In this document: one piece after another, positions 1-10,745 of the stretch
Layout of the letters: each line of letters begins with the position of its first letter
How positions within the stretch are numbered: position 1 is the first letter of the stretch
Assembly (NCBI GenBank): GCA_963845245.1
Contig: CAWJRJ010000016.1
Location: forward strand, 96,001 to 160,000
DNA: 64,000 bases
Source: Nitrospirota bacterium
GTDB taxonomy: Bacteria > Nitrospirota > JACRHJ01
Reading direction: 5' to 3'
Notes under the pieces: generated by a model
The model's input: only the letters and a program-made list of their open reading frames with translations
Databases searched by the model: none
Told to the model about the DNA's origin: nothing
Program-made: the position numbers and the translations under genes

Positions 1-1
1 C

Positions 2-805
2 TCGTCCATCCGCTACAGGTATGGGCTGATCGGTGGCGGCTCGCCCATGAACCACACCACATTCATGCAGGCGGCGCTGCTTGAGAAGAAGCTTAACGAG
101 GACGGCCATTTCAGGGTATACATAGCAAACCGCTACTCCAGGCCGTCGACGGCCGAGTCATACAGGCTGATGAAGAAGGACGGCATCAGAGAGATTGTCG
201 CGCTCCCGCTCTACCCGCACTTCTCCTCTGCGATAACCGGTTCGAGCTTCAAGGCGCTTGAGGACCTCATGGCAAAGGACTCCGACCCGCCGCAGGTAAC
301 ATGGATAAGGAGCATCTCCGCAGACCCGGGCTATGTGGCAGCATACGCGGCGAAGGTTATCGAGGCGCTCGATAGCTTCCCCCCTGAGGAGCGCAAGGAG
401 GTGCATGTGCTGTTCTCCGCGCACTCGCTCCCGCACGACTTCATAAAGGCTGGCGACCCTTATATTGACGAGATACAGAAATCCCTTGAGTTGGTGCTGA
501 AGGCCGTGCGGCCCGCACATTTCAGGCTTTGCTTCCAGAGCAAGGGCAGGGCCAGTATGGAGTGGCTGAAGCCGGAGACGGATGCGGTCATGCGCGAGCT
601 TGCCGGTGAAGGCGTCGACAAGGTGGTGCTGGCGCCCATAAGCTTCGTCGCAGAGAACATCGAGACGCTGTACGACTGTGACATACTGTTTAAAAAACAC
701 GCCGCCTCTCTGGGGATTACCAAGTTCGTCCGTGCAAAATGCATGGACGAGGACCCCGCCTTCATCGGCGCACTAGCTAAGATAGTGCTCAATAACCTCG
801 GTTGA
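2..805 (+). CDS. hemH: Ferrochelatase, 5'-partial
   Basis: Frame open from window start (Y..IGGGSP). Motifs LPLYPHFS, LFSAHSLP, GDPY, FQS..WLKP, FVAENIETLYD. Confidence 0.93.
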   Translation, partial: SSIRYRYGLIGGGSPMNHTTFMQAALLEKKLNEDGHFRVYIANRYSRPSTAESYRLMKKDGIREIVALPLYPHFSSAITGSSFKALEDLMAKDSDPPQVTWIRSISADPGYVAAYAAKVIEALDSFPPEERKEVHVLFSAHSLPHDFIKAGDPYIDEIQKSLELVLKAVRPAHFRLCFQSKGRASMEWLKPETDAVMRELAGEGVDKVVLAPISFVAENIETLYDCDILFKKHAASLGITKFVRAKCMDEDPAFIGALAKIVLNNLG

Positions 806-888
806 ATCTTCCTGTCCTTTAAGTTCAAAATCTCCGTAAATTCCTGAATCCTTTGTTATAATAGAATTATAAGGATAGGAGGCATTTT

Positions 889-2034
889 ATGACAGAGAAA
901 ATCGTTGGAACCGAAGTCTACAGCCCCGGCCTGGAAGGGGTAATCGCGGGCGAGACGTCGATAAGCGAGATAGACGAGGCGCGGGCGAGCCTTACATACC
1001 GGGGATACGACATACGTGAACTGGCCGTAAAGTCGACCTACGAGGAGACCGCGTATCTTTTATTGTACGGCAGGCTCCCGAGTGCATCGGAACTGAAGGA
1101 GTTCGAAGCGACCATAAGGGCGGAGCGCTCAGTGCCGGGCGAGGTGGTGGACCTGCTCAGGAGGATACCGCGGACTTCGCACTCGATGGACATCCTGCGT
1201 ACCGGAGCGTCCATACTTGGCCTGTATGACCCCGAAGCCTGGGACAACTCGCACGCAGCCAACCTCAGGAAGGCCGTGCGTATTATAGCGAAAATGCCCA
1301 CCCTGGTCGCTCTCGGCTACAGGCTGCCCCACAGGTTGAGGCCGGTCGAGCCGAGAGACGACCTGAATGCCGCCGAAAACTTCCTTTATATGCTGCACGG
1401 GAAGAAGCCTGAAGGGCCGGAAGGGCAGATATTCGACGCCTCGCTTATCGTCTATGCCGAGCACGAATACAATGCCTCGTCTTTCTCGGCGATGGTAACG
1501 GTATCCACTCTTTCAGACATACATTCCGGAATTACCGCCGCTATTGGGGCACTGAAGGGGTCACTGCACGGGGGCGCCAACGAGGCCGTTATGAAGATGC
1601 TCCTTGATATGGGTACGCCGGACAAGGCGGAAAAGTGGGTGATGGACGCGCTCGCACGAAAGGAGCGCATAATGGGCTTCGGCCACCGTGTGTACAAGCA
1701 CGGAGACACCCGCGCCCCGATACTGCGTGAAGCCGGGAAGAAGATATGCGAGTTCGAGGGGTACTGCCGCTGGCACGAGATATCGCTAAAGGTGGAGGAT
1801 GTAGTCAAGCGGGAGAAAGGTCTGCTTCCGAACGTGGACTTCTACACGGCTTCTATATACTACCTGCTCGGCCTGCCACTTGAGACCTTCACACCGATAT
1901 TCGCCATGGCGCGCTCGGCAGGCTGGTGCAGCCATATAATAGAGCAGTTAGATGACAACAGGCTGATGAGACCCCGTTCGATATACACCGGGGAGAGGGG
2001 CAAGGAATACCTGCCGTTAGAGGAGCGGGGTTAG
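889..2034 (+). CDS. Citrate / 2-methylcitrate synthase
   Basis: GLEGV, YAEHEYNAS, LKGSLHGGANE, MGFGHRVYK..D.R, PNVDF motifs; AGGAGG RBS. Confidence 0.92.
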   Translation: MTEKIVGTEVYSPGLEGVIAGETSISEIDEARASLTYRGYDIRELAVKSTYEETAYLLLYGRLPSASELKEFEATIRAERSVPGEVVDLLRRIPRTSHSMDILRTGASILGLYDPEAWDNSHAANLRKAVRIIAKMPTLVALGYRLPHRLRPVEPRDDLNAAENFLYMLHGKKPEGPEGQIFDASLIVYAEHEYNASSFSAMVTVSTLSDIHSGITAAIGALKGSLHGGANEAVMKMLLDMGTPDKAEKWVMDALARKERIMGFGHRVYKHGDTRAPILREAGKKICEFEGYCRWHEISLKVEDVVKREKGLLPNVDFYTASIYYLLGLPLETFTPIFAMARSAGWCSHIIEQLDDNRLMRPRSIYTGERGKEYLPLEERG

Positions 2035-2036
2035 GC

Positions 2037-2240
2037 TCAGGCCTTTTTTTCCTCGACCTTGGCTGTTTCCACAACCTCGGCCTTGACATCGGCTTTGCCC
2101 TCGGCCAGGGCCTTTTTGAATTCATTGATGCTCTTGCCGAGGCCGGAGCCGATCTGCGGCAGCTTGCCCGGGCCAAAGATGATCAGGGCAATAGCAAGGA
2201 TCAGGATCAGGTGCATGGGCTGTAAAAGACCTTCAAACAT
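2037..2240 (-). CDS. tatA: Twin-arginine translocase TatA/E
   Basis: Single TM then [18 protein letters not shown]. Confidence 0.93.
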   Translation of the reverse strand: MFEGLLQPMHLILILAIALIIFGPGKLPQIGSGLGKSINEFKKALAEGKADVKAEVVETAKVEEKKA

Positions 2241-2329
2241 GTGGACCTCCAAAATTTAGAACTAAGACATTATAATCTATTTTAAGCCCGAAATAAACTG
2301 AAATATTGAACTGGTCGGGTATCCGTTTG

Positions 2330-2797
2330 TCAGCCCTTTAACACCTTGGTAATTACCCCAAAACCATACCCGCGTCTTCTTAGGTAATCGGTCAGCCGCC
2401 TCCTGGCCTTCTCCCGGTCGATGCCCTTCATCGACTCCATCTTCTTTTTGGCGATGCGGAGCGCGACCTCTTCTTCGTTTTCCGCGTCTTCGCTGCCGAA
2501 TAGCTCCTCGAGCCCGGCCTCGATGTCTGCTTCCGACACGCCCTTTCTTTTCAGCTCAAACCGAAGCCCATACCGGCTTAAGCCCTTGGTCTGTATGAGG
2601 TATCTTGCGTACGTGGTAGTGAACTTGCGGTCGTCGATGTAGCCGTAGCCTTTGAGTTCTTCGATAAGCTGGAAGATGTAGTCCTGACTGATTTCTTTTT
2701 TTTCGAGGTAGGAAACAAGCTCGGCCAGGCTTCTGGGCCTGGCCGTAAGGTAACGGTACGCCAGGTTTTTTGCCCTGGTATACCCTTTTTCTTCCAT
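2330..2797 (-). CDS. recX: Regulatory protein RecX
   Basis: RS..EL...L, GYIDD..F, L.RKGV, L.RRGY motifs; downstream of recA. Confidence 0.9.
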   Translation of the reverse strand: MEEKGYTRAKNLAYRYLTARPRSLAELVSYLEKKEISQDYIFQLIEELKGYGYIDDRKFTTTYARYLIQTKGLSRYGLRFELKRKGVSEADIEAGLEELFGSEDAENEEEVALRIAKKKMESMKGIDREKARRRLTDYLRRRGYGFGVITKVLKG

Positions 2798-3971
2798 TAG
2801 TCGCCCAGCCTGTCGATCTTGAATTCAGGCTCTTTAGGTGCGGCCGGTGGCGCGGTCGGGCTGTCGTCCCATGATAGGTCGGATGTGGAGGATACGCCTC
2901 GTATCTTTAGGGCGAAATCGTCCGGGTTGGAGCTTCGCCTTAGGGCCTCTTCGTAGGTTATGAGCCCTGACTTGTAAATAGCCCGAATAGCGACTGGTCG
3001 AAGGTCTGCATCCCGTACTGGGAGGTGCCGGCCGCTATGACGTCGTGTATATGCCTGGTCTTGTCCGGGTCGATGATGCACTCACGAACTGTCCCTGTGA
3101 CCACGAGCACTTCGCAGGCGGGCACGCGGCCGTTGCCGTCCGCGCGCGGCACGAGCCTCTGCGATATGACGCCCTTCAGGACGGACGCGAGCTGGAGGCG
3201 CACCTGTTTCTGCTGGTATGGAGGGAATACCGAGATTATCCTGTTTATCGTCTCCGTTGCGTCAACAGTGTGCAGGGTGGAGAGAACCAGGTGTCCGGTC
3301 TCGGCGGCGGTCAGGCCGACGCTTATGGTGTCGAAGTCGCGCATCTCGCCGACCAGTATGATGTCCGGGTCCTGCCTCATGGCCGAGCGCAGGGCAAGCG
3401 AGAACGACTCTGTGTCCATGCCTACTTCGCGCTGGTTGACGAGAGAGCGCTTGTCCCTGTGGAGGAACTCGATAGGGTCCTCGATCGTCATTATGTGTTC
3501 GGTGCGGGTGCTGTTTATGCTGTCTATGATCGATGCGAGCGTGGTCGACTTGCCGCTTCCGGTCGTGCCGGTGACAAGTATCATACCCCTGTTCTCCTCG
3601 GCGAGTTTGCCGATTACGGGAGGCAGGTTCAGCTCTTCGATACTCGCCATCTTTGTGGGTATCGCCCTCATGACAAGTCCGACCGTGCCGCGCTGCATGA
3701 AGACGTTTACCCTGAAGCGGCCGAGGCCCGGCACGCCGTAGGCGAAGTCCGACTCGTTCTTCTGCTTGAACTTGTCCTTCTGGGCCTGGCTCATCATGCT
3801 GAACGCGAGCTTGACGACGTCTTCCTGTGTAAGCCTCTTCTGCTCGACCATTGGGACGAGCCTGCCGTCGATGCGAAGCACGGGCGGGCTTCCGACCTTC
3901 AGGTGCAGGTCCGATGCGCGTCTTTCAACTGAAATCTTCAGTATGTCATTAATGTTTATTACTGGTTCCAT
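2797..3971 (-). CDS. pilT: Type IV pilus retraction ATPase PilT family (frameshift near 2977)
   Basis: ASDLH, GTTGSGKSTT, TIEDPIE, RQDPD.ILVGEMRD, AETGHLV.STLHT, GMQTFDQ. C-terminus (GLITYEEA) continues in another frame. Confidence 0.88.
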
Positions 3972-3979
3972 TTTTCACC

Positions 3980-5005
3980 TCACGCTACCGGTGCTGCGGG
4001 CAGCCCCGCCTTTTCCCTGACCTTTGCCTCGACTTCCGCAAGCGCCTCGGGATGGTCTTTCATGTAGCTCTTCACGTTCTCGCGGCCCTGCCCGATCCTG
4101 TCCCCGTTGTAGGAGTACCAGGCGCCTGCCTTGTCTATGATGGCCATGTTTACGCCGGCGTCTATTATCTCGCCAAGCTTCGATATCCCCTCGTTGAACA
4201 GTATATCAAACTCGGCCTGCTTGAATGGCGGGGCGACCTTGTTCTTGACCACCTTGACCCTCACCCGGTTGCCGGTGATTTCCTGGCCGTCCTTTATCGC
4301 CTCCGCCTTCCTGATATCCAGGCGCACCGATGCGTAGAACTTGAGCGCGTTGCCGCCCGTGGTCGTCTCCGGGTTGCCGTACACTATGCCTATCTTCATC
4401 CTTATCTGGTTTATGAAGATGACGGTGGTCATGGACTTGGATATGGTGGCCGTGAGCTTGCGCAGGGCCTGCGACATAAGCCTGGCCTGAAGGCCCATGT
4501 GTGAATCACCCATCTCGCCCTCTATCTCGGCCTTGGGCACCAGGGCCGCTACCGAGTCGACGACTACTATGTCGATCGCGCCGCTTCGCACAAGCGTCTC
4601 GGTGACTTCAAGGGCCTGTTCGCCGGTGTCCGGCTGGGATATGAGCAGGTCGTCGGTACTGACGCCCAGCTTCCTTGCATATGTGATGTCCAGCGCGTGC
4701 TCGGCGTCTATGAAGGCCGCGATGCCGCCCAGCTTCTGGCATTCGGCGATTGCGTTAAGCGCAAGCGTGGTCTTGCCGGAAGACTCAGGCCCGTAGATCT
4801 CTATTACCCTGCCTTTCGGGTAGCCGCCGACCCCAAGGGCGATGTCGAGCCCGAGCGAGCCTGTCGGGATGACCGCGACGTCCGGCACAGGCTCGTTGGA
4901 GCCCAGGCGCATTATGGAGCCCTTACCGAACTGCTTCTCTATCTGGGACACCGCAAGGTCAAGCGCCCTCAGTTTCTGGTCCCTCTCTGTCTTCTCGGCC
5001 ATCAT
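3980..5005 (-). CDS. recA: Recombinase RecA
   Basis: [34 protein letters not shown]. Confidence 0.99.
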   Translation of the reverse strand: MMAEKTERDQKLRALDLAVSQIEKQFGKGSIMRLGSNEPVPDVAVIPTGSLGLDIALGVGGYPKGRVIEIYGPESSGKTTLALNAIAECQKLGGIAAFIDAEHALDITYARKLGVSTDDLLISQPDTGEQALEVTETLVRSGAIDIVVVDSVAALVPKAEIEGEMGDSHMGLQARLMSQALRKLTATISKSMTTVIFINQIRMKIGIVYGNPETTTGGNALKFYASVRLDIRKAEAIKDGQEITGNRVRVKVVKNKVAPPFKQAEFDILFNEGISKLGEIIDAGVNMAIIDKAGAWYSYNGDRIGQGRENVKSYMKDHPEALAEVEAKVREKAGLPAAPVA

Positions 5006-5053
5006 GCTCTCCCTTTTCTTTGTGTTACTTTCTTTTTAAAAAGAAAGTAATGG

Positions 5054-5627
5054 TTAGTCTTTGAATTTAATTTCATGTAATTGCGTATATACCGCACCCG
5101 ATGGTTTCAGCTCGCTCTTCATTATGGATACCGACTCCGCCTTGAACCCGCCGAGTTCCACGTTCTCGAAAGACTTGAGCGCGTCCATCAGGGCCTTGCT
5201 GCCTTTGGATGATTTGACCCGCCCGAGCGTCAGGTGAGGCTTGAACGGCCTGCCCTCCGGCTTGAAACCAAGCCCCTCGCATGCCGCGTCGACCTTCCTT
5301 GCAAGTTCGGCCATGGCGGCAATATCGCCGGCCAGCCCCAGCCATACAACCCTGGGCGCGTGTGCATTTGGGAATACCCCGGTGCCCTTCACCTCAATTG
5401 CAAGAGGCGCTTCGTCCTTTATTGCGGTTTCCAGCGCGGCAGCGAGCTTTGGTATCAGTCTGTGCCTCTACAGGCCCGAGGAACTTGAGTGTGAGGTGTA
5501 CTCCCTCAGGACGAGTCCAGCCGACGTCCGCGCCGGTCTTTCTAAGCGTACCCTGCACGTCGGCCATTGCCGCCTTTATGCCATCCGGTATCTCAATGGC
5601 TATGAATGTGCGGATAAGCTCACCCAT
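5054..5627 (-). CDS. thpR: RNA 2',3'-cyclic phosphodiesterase (frameshift near 5460)
   Basis: RTFIAI plus two HLTL motifs split over ORFs 5394-5633 and 5054-5392. Confidence 0.88.
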
Positions 5628-6855
5628 GGTCACCTAGAAGGTATCGTCTCAACAAATCAAGCGCCCTCTGGCTTGTTGCCAGCCTGACGGCGTTCCTGTC
5701 GCCGGGGAAGTTGTAGCCTTTGACGCTTACCCCGTCCGGAGTAGCAAGTCCTATGAACACGAGCCCGACCGGTTTTGCGATAGTGCCTCCGGTCGGCCCT
5801 GCGATGCCTGTTATCGATATCCCGATCTTGGTTTTTGCCGAACGGCGTATGCCCTCAGCCATCTCCTGCGCGGTCTCTTTCGAGACAGCGCCGTAGTCCT
5901 TCAGGACCCTGGTTGAGACGCCCAGCATCTCCTCTTTTGCAAGGTTGGAGTATGTTATCGCCCCGCGTTCCATATAGGCGGAGCTTCCCGGCACGTCCGT
6001 GAGCCTCTTCGCGAGGAGCCCTCCGGTGCAGGACTCGGCTGTCGCCAGGGTTATCTTCTTTTCAGTCAGCAAACGGGCTACGATCTCTTCCATGTCTTCA
6101 TAGCCTGTGGTGTAGACATATTCACCAAGTTTTTCGTTGATGGCCTTTGTCGCATCTTTTAAAAGCGTCTCAGCCTTTCCGGCTGAACCGCCTGTAACCG
6201 TAATATCTATATCCACACCCTCGTATGACGAAGAAGTGGTAAGAGAGACATCGCTGCCGTCCATATCGTTGAGGGTTTTCCTTGCGGTGTCCTCGTCGAT
6301 GCCGTAACAGCGTATACGAGCTTGCCGCCTCCATAGCGATTGCCTGCGGCCTGCCGAAACGGTCTTGATTGCGTAAGCCGGCAGAGGGCGTTCTCCATTG
6401 AGGCCGGGCAAGAAAAAGAAAATGCGGCCAGACTTCTCCAGATAAAAACCGGTCGGTGTCCCTTCCCCGTCCTCATACGGTCTGGCTCCGGAAGGAAGCA
6501 GCGCCATCTTCTCTATGGCTGCCGAAATATCGGCACCGCGTGACGCGTGTGTGGATTTCAGCCGTTCAAGAAGCTCAGGATGAAACACCAGACGCTTCTC
6601 AAGCACCTTGGAGAGTGCCTTTTTCGCGATCTCCCCGGCATCCACGGTCTTCACTGCACCCGGGGCGCCGGTGATGAACAGGAAGGATGAGCGCTTCAGG
6701 GCAAGCTTGATCGCTTCCTCTACCTCGGCCTCTGACAGGCTGACCGCCGTTATAGAGCCAAGCGATATGCCCCATTCGGAAAGCGAGCCGGAGAGTCCAG
6801 CCCATCCGCACAGGCGCGCACCGCCCAGCCCGATTATCAGCGCCTCCGCCCTCAA
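5620..6855 (-). CDS. cinA: CinA-like protein (divergent N-terminal MoCF-like domain plus PncC NMN deamidase domain)
   Basis: AESCTGG, GSSAY, YSN.AK, GAVS, TGIAGP.GG, KPVG.V. Confidence 0.88.
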   Translation of the reverse strand: MRAEALIIGLGGARLCGWAGLSGSLSEWGISLGSITAVSLSEAEVEEAIKLALKRSSFLFITGAPGAVKTVDAGEIAKKALSKVLEKRLVFHPELLERLKSTHASRGADISAAIEKMALLPSGARPYEDGEGTPTGFYLEKSGRIFFFLPGLNGERPLPAYAIKTVSAGRRQSLWRRQARIRCYGIDEDTARKTLNDMDGSDVSLTTSSSYEGVDIDITVTGGSAGKAETLLKDATKAINEKLGEYVYTTGYEDMEEIVARLLTEKKITLATAESCTGGLLAKRLTDVPGSSAYMERGAITYSNLAKEEMLGVSTRVLKDYGAVSKETAQEMAEGIRRSAKTKIGISITGIAGPTGGTIAKPVGLVFIGLATPDGVSVKGYNFPGDRNAVRLATSQRALDLLRRYLLGDHG

Positions 6856-7316
6856 AGGCCCGCCGCCTTCAGCAGGTGTAGGCTCAGGTTTGCGTATATA
6901 CCGGCGACGATATCGTCCAGCATTACGCCGAGGCCTCCATGCATGCGTTGGTCGATCCTTCTGGCCGGGAACGGTTTGACTATGTCAAAGAACCGGAACG
7001 CGAAAAAACCGACTATCAAATAAGGCCATGTGGCGGGTAGGAGGTAGAGGGTAACGAGCATCCCGGCGATTTCGTCCACCACTATCTTTCCGCTGTCTTG
7101 CTCGCCGTATATCTTCTCGGCCTCGCCTGCAGCCCAGACCCCTGCGATGAATATCGCGGCAGACAATATGACGTAGAGAGGGCCTCCGATATCACCCCCG
7201 TTTAGCGTGAAGGGAAAGGCGATTGCGAGCCCCAAAAGGCTGCCTGCGGTCCCGGGCGCGACGGGGAAATAGCCCGTGCCCAGTCCGGAGGATATGGCGA
7301 GTATTAATTTTCGCAT
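6852..7316 (-). CDS. pgpA: Phosphatidylglycerophosphatase A
   Basis: APGT.GS, D.GKIVVDE, FRFFDI.KP.P, GVMLDD; start MRKLILA. Confidence 0.93.
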   Translation of the reverse strand: MRKLILAISSGLGTGYFPVAPGTAGSLLGLAIAFPFTLNGGDIGGPLYVILSAAIFIAGVWAAGEAEKIYGEQDSGKIVVDEIAGMLVTLYLLPATWPYLIVGFFAFRFFDIVKPFPARRIDQRMHGGLGVMLDDIVAGIYANLSLHLLKAAGL

Positions 7317-7399
7317 AAATGATTTAAAAAACAGGATTATCTTATCATCGGGTGTAAAAGGTGTCAAGGACAAACGGGTCGTGCAGGGCCACTTAAGTA

Positions 7400-7429
7400 T
7401 TGACACGATGTTTTGGTAAATGCTAAAAT
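7400..7429 (+). promoter_or_regulatory. Sigma70-like promoter of the pgeF operon
   Basis: TTGACA-N18-TAAAAT in the AT-rich divergent intergenic region. Confidence 0.5.
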
Positions 7430-7463
7430 TAAAACGATTTTTAGCTACAAGCAAGGGGAATTC

Positions 7464-8267
7464 ATGCCGTTCGTGTACAGCGAAATAAACGGGGTAGGTT
7501 TTTATGAGGTTTCGGCATGGGCCGGAGCGCGCGGTATCTTCACCACTCGCAAAGGAGGCCTGAGCCAGAAGCCTTTCGACTCCCTTAATTTGGGAGCAGG
7601 CGGGGGAGACGACCCTGGTGTCGTTGCAAAGAACCGGGCCCTGCTCGTCCAGACCCTGGGGCTTGGGGGCGAGATCAAGGCGGTAAGCCAGGTGCACGGA
7701 AACGATGTATATGTTTTGAAAGACCCGAAGGGGGCAAAGCCACTGAAGGGTTATGATGCGATAATAACCGTCCTGCGTGGCGTGCCTATCGGGGTGCTTA
7801 CCGCTGACTGCGTACCAATACTCCTTTATGACCCGATAAAAAAAGTGGTGGGCGCGGTACACGCGGGCTGGAAAGGCACGGTAGGAGGCATCCCGGCAAG
7901 GGCCGTTGAAGAAATGGCGGCCAATTTCGGCTGCCAGCCCTCGGACATACGCGCAAGCATCGGGCCTTCTATAGGGGCATGCTGTTACGAGGTCGATGAC
8001 AATGTCGTAGGGCCGCTCTGCAAGGAAATGAGCGGGTTCTGCGAAGACCTCATCTCGGCTTCGAGGCCGGGCCGCTGGCAGTTCGACCTCTGGAAGACGA
8101 ACCGCCGCGCGCTGCTGCTTGCGGGATTAAGGCCGGAGAACATAAACGTCTTTGGAGTCTGTACTTCCTGCAATACCGACAAGTTCTTCTCGCACAGAAG
8201 GAGCGGCGGCAGTACCGGAAGGATGTTTGCCATAGCACAGCTATTGGAAGACGGGGGGCGGGGATAA
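7464..8267 (+). CDS. pgeF: Peptidoglycan editing factor PgeF/YfiH
   Basis: FTTRKGG, SLNLG, QVHG, TADCVPIL, HAGWKG, FFSHR..GRM. Confidence 0.92.
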   Translation: MPFVYSEINGVGFYEVSAWAGARGIFTTRKGGLSQKPFDSLNLGAGGGDDPGVVAKNRALLVQTLGLGGEIKAVSQVHGNDVYVLKDPKGAKPLKGYDAIITVLRGVPIGVLTADCVPILLYDPIKKVVGAVHAGWKGTVGGIPARAVEEMAANFGCQPSDIRASIGPSIGACCYEVDDNVVGPLCKEMSGFCEDLISASRPGRWQFDLWKTNRRALLLAGLRPENINVFGVCTSCNTDKFFSHRRSGGSTGRMFAIAQLLEDGGRG

Positions 8268-8272
8268 ATAAC

Positions 8273-8431
8273 ATGGATACTGCGCAGGACAAGAAGGGTT
8301 TTCTGGAGAGGCACCCCTGGGTGCTGCCGGCAGTGCTTGGGCTCTATGTTCTTCTGCTTGCTGTCGGCACCATAGGGGAGGTCTTTGATATACAGTGGAT
8401 CAAGGACCTGCCGATATACAAGGGGCCATAG
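8273..8431 (+). CDS. Small membrane protein, 52 aa (not in ORF track)
   Basis: MDTAQDKKGFLERHPWVLPAVLGLYVLLLAVGTIGEVFDIQWIKDLPIYKGP exactly fills the gap between pgeF and yggS. Confidence 0.65.
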   Translation: MDTAQDKKGFLERHPWVLPAVLGLYVLLLAVGTIGEVFDIQWIKDLPIYKGP

Positions 8432-8434
8432 CAT

Positions 8435-9131
8435 TTGGGTATCTCCGAGAACCTGAATGGTGTCATATCGCGGATACGGGCCGCCGCGCTAAAGGCGGGC
8501 AGGGACCCAGGCCATATCAGGCTGGTCGTAGTCTCGAAGACGGTCGGGCCGGATAAGGTGATGGAGGCGGTCTCCGCTGGCGCTGTCATCCTGGGCGAGA
8601 ACCGGGTGCAGGAGGCGGCTGCAAAGATGGAGGCGCTCACAGGCCGCATACCGGCGGGCGTGGAGTGGCACCTCATCGGCACCCTCCAGAAGAACAAGGC
8701 GAGACATGCGGTCGGGGTCTTCGCGCTGATACATTCCGTCGACAGCGTTGAGCTTGCGCGCGAGATCGACCGCCAGGCGGCAAAGCGCGGGCTGGTGCAG
8801 GATATCCTGCTTGAATTGAACATTGCGGGCGAGGCGAGCAAGCACGGGTTTGCGCCGGATGATGCGAAGGCTGCGGCAAAAGAAGTCTCGGCCCTTGAAA
8901 AACATAAGCCTCAAAGGGTTGATGTGCGTGCCTCCGTTCACGGACGACCCGGAGGATTCGCGGCCTTTTTTCATAGAGATGCGCGGGCTTCTGGCGGAAA
9001 TAAACGGTATGGGGCTTAACCTCACCGAGCTTTCGATGGGGATGACACAGGACTATGAGATCGCCGTTCAGGAGGGCGCGACGCTTGTAAGGGTCGGCAC
9101 CGCAATCTTCGGCGCGAGGAGTTACGCATAA
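8435..9131 (+). CDS. yggS: PLP homeostasis protein YggS (frameshift near 8898)
   Basis: VVSKT, GENRVQE, WHLIG.LQ.NK, then GLM and LSMGMTQDY..A..EGAT.VRVGTAIFG in the second frame. Confidence 0.92.
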
Positions 9132-9943
9132 TGCAAAAGAAAGTTGCTTTCATAGGCGCGGGCAACATGGCCGAGGCGATGGTCAAGGGGCTCATCATGT
9201 CCGGCCTTCTCACGAAGGACGATATCGTCGTTTCCGACTCGTCAGCCCACAGGCTCCTTCACATGAAGAAGAACTACGAGACCCATGCGGTTCACGAAAA
9301 CGCGGCGGCTGCGAAGGGCAGGGACATAATAATACTCGCGGTGAAGCCCAAGGACATGGCAAAGGTGCTTAAAGAGATTGCGCCTTCGGTCACGGGCAAA
9401 CAGCTGATCGTATCCATCGCGGCGGGGGTTACTATCGAAAGCATAGAGAAGGCGCTCGGCAAGAAGGCGAGGGTGGTGCGGGTGATGCCCAATACTCCGG
9501 CTCTGGTGCAGGAGGGCGCGGCGGCGGCGTTCGCTGGGCAAAACTGCAAGCCGGACGATCTTGAAACGGCGAAGATGCTGCTCTCGGCTGTGTGCAAGGT
9601 TGTAGTGGCAGTGGGTGATGAGAAGCTCATGGACGCGGTCACCGGCCTTTCAGGCAGCGGGCCGGCGTATGTATTCCTGATGCTTGAGGCGCTCTCCGAC
9701 GCCGGGGTGCGTGTGGGCCTGGGCCGGGAGGAGTCGTTCACGCTTGCCGCCCAGACGATGATAGGCTCGGCACACATGGCGATGCAGACGAGGGAGCCGC
9801 TCTCGAAGCTCAAGGACATGGTAACTTCACCCGGCGGCACGACCATTGCCGGGCTTCAGAAGCTTGAGGAGGGCGGCGTGCGCGCGGCGCTGTTCGCTGC
9901 CGTAGAAGCCGCAACCAAACGTTCACAGGAACTAGGGAAGTAG
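9131..9943 (+). CDS. proC: Pyrroline-5-carboxylate reductase
   Basis: FIGAGNMA, LAVKP, SIAAG, RVMPNTP, SGSGPAY, VTSPGGTT. Confidence 0.97.
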   Translation: MQKKVAFIGAGNMAEAMVKGLIMSGLLTKDDIVVSDSSAHRLLHMKKNYETHAVHENAAAAKGRDIIILAVKPKDMAKVLKEIAPSVTGKQLIVSIAAGVTIESIEKALGKKARVVRVMPNTPALVQEGAAAAFAGQNCKPDDLETAKMLLSAVCKVVVAVGDEKLMDAVTGLSGSGPAYVFLMLEALSDAGVRVGLGREESFTLAAQTMIGSAHMAMQTREPLSKLKDMVTSPGGTTIAGLQKLEEGGVRAALFAAVEAATKRSQELGK

Positions 9944-9979
9944 CGCCCCCTCAGTTGATATCGTATTCCGGAGGGTAGT

Positions 9980-10276
9980 ATGTTTGTTTTCGGGAACCTG
10001 CTTCAAGCCGTAGCCAGCGTGCTGGATTTCCTCCTTACGGCCTACATGTACATCGTGATAATAAGCGCGCTCCTGTCATGGGTGAACCCCGACCCGTACA
10101 ACCCCATTGTCAGGTTCCTCTATGGCGCGACCGAGCCGGTGTTCCGTGTCATAAGGCGCAAGCTGCCGATGAACATGGGGATAGATTTTTCTCCGTTGAT
10201 AGTCATCGCGGCAATCTACTTTACCAAGATATTTGTCGTTAAGACGCTGATGGACTTCTCATACAGGATGCATTAG
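9980..10276 (+). CDS. yggT: YggT family membrane protein
   Basis: LLSWVNPDPYNP, TEP, IDFSP. Confidence 0.92.
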   Translation: MFVFGNLLQAVASVLDFLLTAYMYIVIISALLSWVNPDPYNPIVRFLYGATEPVFRVIRRKLPMNMGIDFSPLIVIAAIYFTKIFVVKTLMDFSYRMH

Positions 10277-10285
10277 GAGGACCAA

Positions 10286-10745
10286 TTGAATATCAGCCCC
10301 TTGGACATAAAGCAGAAGCAGTTCAAGCTTGAGTTTCGCGGCTTCGACAAGAACGAGGTGGACAGCTTCCTCGAAGAGATAACCACCGAGATGGAGAACC
10401 TTGTCCGCGAGAACGAGGCCCTCAAAGAGGAGAAAGAGAAGCTGGAGGCGCAGGTAGCTGGATTACAGGCAGTCCGAGAAGGGCCTCAGAGACACCCTGA
10501 TGACCGCCAACAAGATGGTCGAGGACATGAAGTCCGCATCCGAGCGCGACTCCCAGATGAAGATCAAAGAGGCCGAGATGCAGGCAGAGAAGATAGTTAT
10601 GGAGGCCCGCCAGCAGCTTGCCAAGGTCGAGGCCGAGATAGCGGAGATGAACCGAATAAAGGAGCGGTTCAACCTCAAGATAAAGGGCGTCATAGAAGAC
10701 CACCTGAAGATGCTCTCCTACGAGGAACGGCAGGAGGGCCGGTGA
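10286..10745 (+). CDS. DivIVA-domain protein (frameshift near 10468)
   Basis: ISPLDI....F....RGFDKNEVDSFL, coiled coil continuing in ORF 10500-10745. Confidence 0.85.

Noticed and set aside
2960..2990. Programmed ribosomal frameshifting in pilT and other split genes
   Set aside because: No consistent slippery heptamers, and breaks are scattered through unrelated genes; sequencing indels are simpler.
6852..7862. 336-aa version of pgpA
   Set aside because: The extension is antisense to pgeF; PgpA similarity starts at 7316.
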